From: Mycolicibacterium smegmatis
GTDB lineage: Bacteria; Actinomycetota; Actinomycetes; Mycobacteriales; Mycobacteriaceae
Assembly (NCBI RefSeq): GCF_001457595.1
Contig: NZ_LN831039.1
Location: 1,470,001-1,502,000 of the forward strand
Length of the DNA stretch: 32,000 bases
Direction of reading: 5' to 3'
Part shown: piece after piece, positions 25,746-32,000 of the stretch
Layout of the letters: each line of letters starts with the position of its first letter
How positions within the stretch are numbered: the stretch's first letter is position 1
Program-made: the position numbers and the translations under genes
Notes under the pieces: model-generated
What the model saw: only the letters and a program-made list of their open reading frames with translations
The model's database searches: none
What the model was told of the DNA's origin: nothing

Positions 25746-25895
25746 ATGGTTGGTGCATTTGTTGGCGTACTGATGCTGATTCTCGGCGTCGGTGCGGTTG
25801 CTGGTGTAGTCGTGGCCGTTTCGATGGGCTTGCCCACCCTGGCCATCGCGATCGGGCTGATCTCCGGCGCGTTCTTCGCCGGACGGGCGGTCTAA
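25746..25895 (+). CDS. 49-aa hydrophobic microprotein
   Basis: MVGAFVGVLMLILGVGAVAGVVVAVSMGLPTLAIAIGLISGAFFAGRAV; SD-like AGAAAGGGCGAG upstream; stop TAA lies inside the IS target duplication. Confidence 0.6.
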   Translation: MVGAFVGVLMLILGVGAVAGVVVAVSMGLPTLAIAIGLISGAFFAGRAV

Positions 25896-25896
25896 A

Positions 25897-27557
25897 CCTC
25901 GATCCACCGATGGAAAGCCTGGATAGGCGGGTGTCGATATAAGGAAAGTGCCTTCTGAGCTGCGATGATGAGTGTTCCTTACGCACTTATCGGCACAACT
26001 TCGAAAGGCACTTCCGGTGAAAGTGTCGCACAACTTCATGGCTGCGTCTGCAGTGTTCGATGATGAGCATCTGGTGTCGTGCGCCGGCCTGGTGCCGGTG
26101 ATGACCCTGGCCAGCCAGACCGGGCTATCGGACCTGATCGCGGACAAGGTCGAAATCGTTGAACCGCGGATCAAGTCCGGCTCGGCCAATCCGTCACCGA
26201 AGCTGCTCACCGTGGTCGCCGGAATGTGCGCCGGCGCCGACAGCATCGACGACCTCGACCTCGTGCGCTCCGGTGGAATGAAAGCCCTCTTTGGCGGCGT
26301 GTACGCGCCCTCGACCATCGGAACACTGTTGCGGGAGTTCACCTTCGGACACGCACGCCAACTGGAAGCAGTGCTGCGTGAGCATCTGGGCGGGCTCTGC
26401 GAGCGCGTCGCGTTGCTACCCGGCGCCGATACCCAAGCGTTCGTCGACATCGATTCACTGCTGCGCCCGGTCTACGGCCACGCCAAACAAGGAGCCTCCT
26501 ACGGACACACCAAGATCGCCGGCAAGCAGATCCTGCGCAAAGGCCTCTCGCCGCTGATCACCACCATCAGCACCACCACGGGTGCCCCGATGATCACCGG
26601 AGCCCGGCTGCGGGCGGGCAAGACCAACTCCGGCAAGGGCGCAGCCCGGATGATCGCCCAAGCAGTCACCACCGCCCGCGCCGCCGGTGTCAACGGGCAG
26701 ATCCTGGTGCGCGGAGACTCGGCCTACGGCAACAGCACCGTGGTGGCCGCCTGCCGCCGCGCCGGCGCCCACTTCTCGCTGGTGCTGACCAAGACCCGCG
26801 CCGTCGCTGCGGCCATCGAGGCCATCAGCGATAACGCCTGGACCCCGGTCAACTACCCCGGCGCAGTGCGCGACCCCGACACCGGCGCCTGGATCTCCGA
26901 TGCCGAAGTCGCCGAAACCACCTACACCGCTTTCAGTTCCACCAACACCCCGGTCACCGCTCGGTTGATCGTGCGCCGGGTCAAAGACGCCCGATACCTC
27001 GATGCGCTGTTTCCGGTGTGGCGGTATCACCCCTTCTTCACCGATTCCGACGAACCCGTCGACGCCGCTGACATCACCCACCGCCGCCACGCCATCATCG
27101 AAACCGTGTTCGCCGACCTCATCGACGGACCTCTGGCGCATATGCCCTCAGGGCGCTTCGGCGCGAACTCGGCCTGGATCCTGTGCGCGGCGATCGCCCA
27201 CAACCTGCTGCGCGCCGCCGGGGTGCTCGCCGGCGGTGCCCATGCCCTCGCGCGCGGAGCCACACTGCGCCGCAAGATCGTCAACATCCCGGCTCGACTG
27301 GCTCGGCCCCAACGCCGACCCATCCTGCATCTACCCTCGCATTGGCCGTGGGCCCAGCAGTGGCTCACATTGTGGCGCAACACAATCGGCTACAGCCCGC
27401 CAACTGCTGCGACCCACTGACCACCGGACCCACAGGCCCCGACCCGAACATCACAGGAAAAGCTGGGCAGACCAGCGGCTACAGGCTGCCCACGACCTGG
27501 GCGCACGACAAAAATCAGCCCCAAACAACCTCAACAGGGTCGATCCACGGATCGAGG
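25897..27557 (+). mobile_element. IS1380-family insertion sequence (about 1661 bp)
   Basis: Inverted ends CCTCGATCC (25897-25905) and GGATCGAGG (27549-27557); 5-bp direct repeat CTAAA at 25892-25896 and 27558-27562; contains one transposase. Confidence 0.88.
25972..27420 (+). CDS. IS1380-family DDE transposase
   Basis: 482 aa (alternative GTG at 26017); LLPGADTQAFVDIDSLLRPVYGHAKQGASYGHTKIAGKQ, QILVRGDSAYGNSTVVAACRRAGAHFSLV, HRRHAIIETVFADLIDGPLAHMPSGRFGANSAWILCAAIAHNLLRAAG. Confidence 0.93.
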   Translation: MFLTHLSAQLRKALPVKVSHNFMAASAVFDDEHLVSCAGLVPVMTLASQTGLSDLIADKVEIVEPRIKSGSANPSPKLLTVVAGMCAGADSIDDLDLVRSGGMKALFGGVYAPSTIGTLLREFTFGHARQLEAVLREHLGGLCERVALLPGADTQAFVDIDSLLRPVYGHAKQGASYGHTKIAGKQILRKGLSPLITTISTTTGAPMITGARLRAGKTNSGKGAARMIAQAVTTARAAGVNGQILVRGDSAYGNSTVVAACRRAGAHFSLVLTKTRAVAAAIEAISDNAWTPVNYPGAVRDPDTGAWISDAEVAETTYTAFSSTNTPVTARLIVRRVKDARYLDALFPVWRYHPFFTDSDEPVDAADITHRRHAIIETVFADLIDGPLAHMPSGRFGANSAWILCAAIAHNLLRAAGVLAGGAHALARGATLRRKIVNIPARLARPQRRPILHLPSHWPWAQQWLTLWRNTIGYSPPTAATH

Positions 27558-29222
27558 CTAAACCCCCGCCGGCCGTAGCCGCTTGCGTAGTCCGGTGGCG
27601 CGCACCGCCTGCCGTTCTATCGCAGCGCGCACTTCCGCTTCCGCGCCCACGACGCGCACCCGCGTCTTGGCGCGGGTGACCGCGGTGTAGAACAACTCCC
27701 GCGTCAACAACCGCGAATCCTCCGACGGCAGCAGCACCGTCACCTCGTCGGCCTGGCTGCCCTGCGACTTGTGGATCGTCATGGCGTGCATGGTCTCGAC
27801 GTCGGTGAGGCGACCCGTCGCGAACGTTCCCGCATCGCCGATCACAGCCCGCATCCCGTCCGGTGTGGCGACGACGACGCCGGTGTCCCCGTTGTAGAGC
27901 TTGAGCCCATAGTCGTTGGCGGTCACCAGGATCGGACGCCCGACGTACCACGAACCCCACAGGGGTTCACCGGTTTCCTCACCGAGCCAGCGCTGCACCT
28001 GCCGGTTCCAGTGGTCGACGCCGGCCGGCCCCCGTCGGTGCGCGCACAACAACCGGTGCTCGTCGAGCGTCGCGAGCGCCTCACGCTGGTCACCGAGGAT
28101 CGCGGCCTGACGCAACCGCATCGCGTGCGGCACCACCACTTCGCGCAACTGCTCGACCGGATCCTCGTGCACCCACTCGATGTGCTCACCACCGGCCGCG
28201 AGAACCGCCAGGGCTGCGTCGGCGTCACCCGTGCGGATGGCCGACGCCAGCGCGCCGATCGACTCACCGAACCGGTGCGACGTCTTCAGCTCCGCGACAC
28301 CGCGCGAACCAAGACCCTCGACCAGGTCCGCCAGCACCGCGCCGGCCTCGACCGACGCCAACTGATCGGGATCGCCGACGAGCACCAGCCGTGTCTGCGG
28401 GCGCACGGCCTCCAACAACCGCGCCATCATGGTCAGCGACACCATCGACGTCTCGTCGACGACGATCACGTCGTGCGGCAACCGGTTGGCGCGGTGATGA
28501 CGGAACCGCGACGACGTATCGGGCCGCGGACCGAGCAGCCGGTGCAGCGTGGTGGCGTGCAGCCCGGTCAACCGCCTGCGCTCGATGAGGTCGAGCTGAT
28601 CGATTTCGAGCTGCACGGCCTCCTGCAACCGCGCGGCCGCCTTACCCGTCGGGGCCGCCAACGCGATGCGCGGCGACGGTTTCCCCGCGAGCGCGGCCTG
28701 CTCGGCCAGCAGCGCCAACAGCCGTGCCACGGTGGTCGTCTTGCCGGTGCCCGGCCCACCCGTCAACACCGTCAGGCCTTGTGAGAGTGCCACCTTCGCC
28801 GCCTCACGCTGCTCCTCGAAGCCCGCGCCGAACAGTCTCGACACATCCGGCACCGCACCGCCGGGCCGTACCGACACCAACGCCAGCACGTCGTCGCACA
28901 CCTGCTGCTCTTCGAGCCAGTAGCGGTCCAGATACAGCAGATCGCCGAACAGGCGCAGCACGGGTGGCGCACCGAGCAGGGGACTGGCCGCCAGCGCCGC
29001 CAGCCACGCATCGGGATCCGGCCACGGCAGATCCGGTAACTCGACCTGCCCGGCCACCGACCGCAGGTCCACACACACCGAACCGCCGCGCAGCGCGCGC
29101 ACCGCGAGGGCGACCGCGAGCTCGACCGATGCGTCCGGCTCACCGGCCAGCGCGGTCAGCCGTTGCGCCACATGCACATCGGCGGGTTCGAGGATCTCGG
29201 CGAACGCTTCGAGCAGGCTCAC
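27558..29222 (-). CDS. recD: Exodeoxyribonuclease V subunit alpha (RecD helicase)
   Basis: 554 aa; GLTVLTGGPGTGKTTTVARLLALL Walker A, DVIVVDETSMVSLTMMARLLEAV, AMTIHKSQGSQADEVTVLLP; GTG start at 29222 overlaps recB TGA. Confidence 0.95.
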   Translation of the reverse strand: MSLLEAFAEILEPADVHVAQRLTALAGEPDASVELAVALAVRALRGGSVCVDLRSVAGQVELPDLPWPDPDAWLAALAASPLLGAPPVLRLFGDLLYLDRYWLEEQQVCDDVLALVSVRPGGAVPDVSRLFGAGFEEQREAAKVALSQGLTVLTGGPGTGKTTTVARLLALLAEQAALAGKPSPRIALAAPTGKAAARLQEAVQLEIDQLDLIERRRLTGLHATTLHRLLGPRPDTSSRFRHHRANRLPHDVIVVDETSMVSLTMMARLLEAVRPQTRLVLVGDPDQLASVEAGAVLADLVEGLGSRGVAELKTSHRFGESIGALASAIRTGDADAALAVLAAGGEHIEWVHEDPVEQLREVVVPHAMRLRQAAILGDQREALATLDEHRLLCAHRRGPAGVDHWNRQVQRWLGEETGEPLWGSWYVGRPILVTANDYGLKLYNGDTGVVVATPDGMRAVIGDAGTFATGRLTDVETMHAMTIHKSQGSQADEVTVLLPSEDSRLLTRELFYTAVTRAKTRVRVVGAEAEVRAAIERQAVRATGLRKRLRPAGV

Positions 29223-32000
29223 GACGCCTCCGCATCCAGCAGCTTCGACAGGGCCACCACCAGTTCGGCCGGCGGTTCCCAGCTGAACACCCCGGCCGGG
29301 TGCCCATCGACGACAGGGGTTGCGGGCCCGCACATGCCACGCACGAACAGGTACAGCACACCACCGAGATGCGTCGCCGGGTCGTAGCCAGGCAGCCGCC
29401 AGCCCAGATACCGGTGCAGCACAACTGCATACAGCAGCGCCTGCAGGGGATAGTCAGAATGCAGCATGGCCTCGACCATGCGGCGGCGCCCGTAGTCGGC
29501 CGCGGTCAGCGTGCCGTCGCCGGTGCCGAGCCAGTTGGTCTTGTAGTCGACGATGACGAACTTTTCGCCGACCCGCAGCACCGCGTCGACCGACCCGGAC
29601 AGATACCCGCGCAGCGGTTGCACTCCGAGGATGCCCGTGCCCAACCGCTCGGCATACACCGCCAGCGGATCGTCGGCGGGCAGGTACTCGCGCAGCAGTT
29701 CACCGACATCCGACAACCGCGCGAACCGCCCACCACGCAGATCTCCACCGGCCATCGGGAACTCGAAGTCCAACTCGCACAACCGGTCACGCAGTCCGAT
29801 CTGCCGCAACGTGAGGCCCGGCGCCAACGGCCCCAGCGGGGTGTCGTGCATGGGCACGAGCGCGGCGGCGAGCTCTGGCGTCTCGACCTCGACCGGCCAG
29901 TGCTGGGCATGGGCGTCGATGTGCGTCGCGAGTTCGGCGGTCAGATCCGCGGCGAGCGGATCGGCGGTCTCCAGCACGGCGTGGACGAGCGAACCGAACG
30001 CCGCACCCGTCGGCAGGTGCGCCATGGGAGAGGGCACGTCGGCACCCTCGGCCGGGGCGACCACGGGAATGTTGTCGAACTCGTCGTCGCGTTCGGTGAC
30101 CTCGGGTTCGCTCGACACCCCGACACCCGCGGCCTCGGCCGCACGCAACAGCCCCGAATAGGACGTGCGCTTCCACGCCATGTCGATCGCCCGCAAAAAC
30201 TTGCGGGCCGCCAGATCATCGGGCGCGGGTTCCGGTGGCATCGGGTTGACCGCACCGATCACCGATTCCTCGATAACCGGCCCACCGGCTGCCTCCCACG
30301 CCCGCAATCGTTCCAGCGCATCCTCATCCGAGATCTTGGGTGGCGAACACTTCTCGGGGACGGTCGCCTCCCCGGGCGCGCGGCCGCGCAAAAGCCGCGA
30401 CAGGCCGCCGTTGGGTTCGCCGTACGACGGCGCCCACCACGCGACCACCTGCGATTGGGCGCGGGTGAGCGCGACGTAGGTGAGCCGGCTGTCGTCGCCT
30501 GCGGCCTCGGTGCGCCCGGCACGGGCGACCGCCGGATCGGGCCCGCCGACATGCAGGCAACGCTGCCCGTCGTCGTGGAACAGCACGATATCCGGTTCGG
30601 GCACATGGCGATTGAACGCGAACGGCAGGTAGACGATGGGGAACTGCAGCCCCTTGCTCACCCACACGGTCATGATCTGCACGGCCGCCGCATCGCTGTC
30701 GAGACGACGGTTGCGTTCCGATTCGCCGCCCTTCTCCGAGCGCTGCGTGCGCAGCCAGTCGCGCAGCGCGGCCAGCCCGAAGCCGTCGCGGTGCGCGGTG
30801 TCCTGCAGCAACTGGGTCATGTGGGCGAGGTCGGTCATCAACCGCTCACCGCCCTGCCACGACAGCACACGCTTGCCCATACCGGCGAGTTGCGCGGCCT
30901 CGAAGATCGCGGCGACACCGCGCTCGCGGGCGTGCCCGGCCCATTCACGCAGCGTGTCGGCCACCCGGTCGGTGAGCGCATCACCGCCTGCGGCAAGGGT
31001 TTCCGCGGTCTCACCGAAGAACATGGTGGCGGCCGCGGCGCGCACCAGACCCGGCCGGTGCGGTTGGTCGAACGCCTCGAGCAGGTACAGCCAGTCCTCG
31101 GCGGCCTCGGAGGTGAACACATCCGAATCCCCGGTGTACACCGCGGGTATGCCCGCCGCGAGCAGCGCCGAGTGACAGGCCCTGGCGTCCTTGTGGGTCT
31201 CGGTGATCACCGCGATGTCCTTCGCCTGCACCGGTTCGTCGCACCACGTCGCGCCGCTCGCCAGCAGCGCCCCGATGTCGGCGGCCAGATCGCGGCCGAT
31301 GTGGCGGCGCAGCTGATCGATCGGGATCACCCTGTTGTTGCCCGGCTTTCGCGGCACCACACGCAACCGGAACGGGTCGTTGCGCGGTGCGCCGACCAGA
31401 CGGTGCCCCTGGTGATGAGCCTGCACGTCGTGCACCACGATGTCGGGTCCGCCGAGTTCGGCACCCCGCAGCACGGCCTGCAGGCGGTCGACCAGCGCGC
31501 GGTCGCTGCGCCAGTTGGTGCCCAGCGTCTGCTTGTCACCGGCCGTCGCGGCGGCCCGCAGATACGTCGCGATGTCACCACCGCGGAACGCGTAGATCGC
31601 CTGCTTGGGGTCACCGATGAGCACCAGTGTCGACCGCCCCGAGAACGCGCGCTCGATCACCTGCCACTGCACGGGATCGGTGTCCTGGAACTCGTCGACC
31701 ATCACGATCGGCCAGCGCTGTTGCATGCGCACCCGCGCCGGGGAGTCCTCGGGTTCCAGCGCGTCGGCAAGTCGTGTCAGCAGATCGTCGTAACCCAGCA
31801 CACCACGGCGGCGCTTGCGGATCTCCAACTCGGCGAGCACATCCCGCGCGAACTTGAGCCGCACCGCGGCGGGGGAATCGGGATCCGGTTCGCGCGGGCG
31901 TAGCTCGGTGGCCGGATTGCCGACGACCATGCGCGCGAGCTCGAGCGCCTCGGGATAGCTGAGCTCGGGATCGTCCTTCTGCCCGCCGAAGTGCGCGAGA
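29219..32000 (-). CDS. recB: Exodeoxyribonuclease V subunit beta (RecB), partial: N-terminus beyond the window
   Basis: Frame open to window edge; RRGVLGYDDLLTRLADAL, VMVDEFQDTDPVQWQVIERAF, IMTVWVSKGLQFPIVYLPFAF, C-terminal nuclease motif EKFVIVDYKTNWLG. Confidence 0.95.
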   Translation of the reverse strand, partial: LAHFGGQKDDPELSYPEALELARMVVGNPATELRPREPDPDSPAAVRLKFARDVLAELEIRKRRRGVLGYDDLLTRLADALEPEDSPARVRMQQRWPIVMVDEFQDTDPVQWQVIERAFSGRSTLVLIGDPKQAIYAFRGGDIATYLRAAATAGDKQTLGTNWRSDRALVDRLQAVLRGAELGGPDIVVHDVQAHHQGHRLVGAPRNDPFRLRVVPRKPGNNRVIPIDQLRRHIGRDLAADIGALLASGATWCDEPVQAKDIAVITETHKDARACHSALLAAGIPAVYTGDSDVFTSEAAEDWLYLLEAFDQPHRPGLVRAAAATMFFGETAETLAAGGDALTDRVADTLREWAGHARERGVAAIFEAAQLAGMGKRVLSWQGGERLMTDLAHMTQLLQDTAHRDGFGLAALRDWLRTQRSEKGGESERNRRLDSDAAAVQIMTVWVSKGLQFPIVYLPFAFNRHVPEPDIVLFHDDGQRCLHVGGPDPAVARAGRTEAAGDDSRLTYVALTRAQSQVVAWWAPSYGEPNGGLSRLLRGRAPGEATVPEKCSPPKISDEDALERLRAWEAAGGPVIEESVIGAVNPMPPEPAPDDLAARKFLRAIDMAWKRTSYSGLLRAAEAAGVGVSSEPEVTERDDEFDNIPVVAPAEGADVPSPMAHLPTGAAFGSLVHAVLETADPLAADLTAELATHIDAHAQHWPVEVETPELAAALVPMHDTPLGPLAPGLTLRQIGLRDRLCELDFEFPMAGGDLRGGRFARLSDVGELLREYLPADDPLAVYAERLGTGILGVQPLRGYLSGSVDAVLRVGEKFVIVDYKTNWLGTGDGTLTAADYGRRRMVEAMLHSDYPLQALLYAVVLHRYLGWRLPGYDPATHLGGVLYLFVRGMCGPATPVVDGHPAGVFSWEPPAELVVALSKLLDAEAS

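Noticed and set aside
25662-26450. 262-aa minus-strand ORF crossing the left IS end
   Set aside because: Antisense to transposase and spans a recent insertion joint, so not an ancestral gene.
27558-29333. 591-aa version of recD starting at 29333
   Set aside because: The first 37 residues lie within the recB 3' end and are not RecD-like; GTG 29222 overlapping the recB stop is a better start.
28724-31903. 1059-aa open frame on the plus strand antisense to recB/recD
   Set aside because: Low-complexity Arg/Pro/Gly/His composition, no domain-like segments; a GC-rich shadow of the clearly recognisable recB frame.
1-32000. CRISPR array, prophage or toxin-antitoxin/defence island
   Set aside because: No spaced direct-repeat array, integrase/tRNA junction, phage structural genes or known defence modules were recognised; recBD here is a housekeeping repair locus.

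Overview
High-GC actinobacterial, probably mycobacterial (Mycolicibacterium-like), chromosome segment. (1) 1-9874 is a near-complete nicotinate (pyridine-3-carboxylate) catabolic locus. A leftward operon encodes an NicC-like monooxygenase, NicF-like amidohydrolase, NicD-like hydrolase, MFS transporter, and the FAD and molybdopterin subunits of an N-heterocycle hydroxylase. It also has a MarR regulator, and divergent nicX- and nicE-like genes. (2) 9885-18500 holds an OPT transporter, a DUF2510 membrane protein, a lipoprotein with a phytase-like C-terminus, an MscS channel, a small membrane protein flanked by copies of a palindrome, RF3 (prfC), and a truncated gene remnant resembling DUF302. (3) 18530-23409 is a second catabolic-looking locus. 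It encodes a GntR/FCD regulator, a polysaccharide-deacetylase/cyclic-amide-hydrolase-like protein, an Asp/Glu racemase superfamily-GAF fusion, an MFS transporter and a divergent FAH-family enzyme. (4) Then come an L,D-transpeptidase, small membrane proteins, an IS1380-family insertion sequence with readable ends and target duplication, recD and partial recB. The most notable observations are: a 15-bp motif (14/15 identical) placed before both arms of the nic locus; a probable leaderless marR start; tandem TTGGTATrCC sites before the second operon; replacement of the first catalytic Cys by Gly in the racemase-GAF fusion; a 28-bp perfect palindrome with a second copy across a small gene; and an IS insertion whose target duplication regenerates the stop codons of both convergent flanking genes. 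I found no CRISPR array, prophage or clear defence island. All family and function calls are from reading the sequence by eye.
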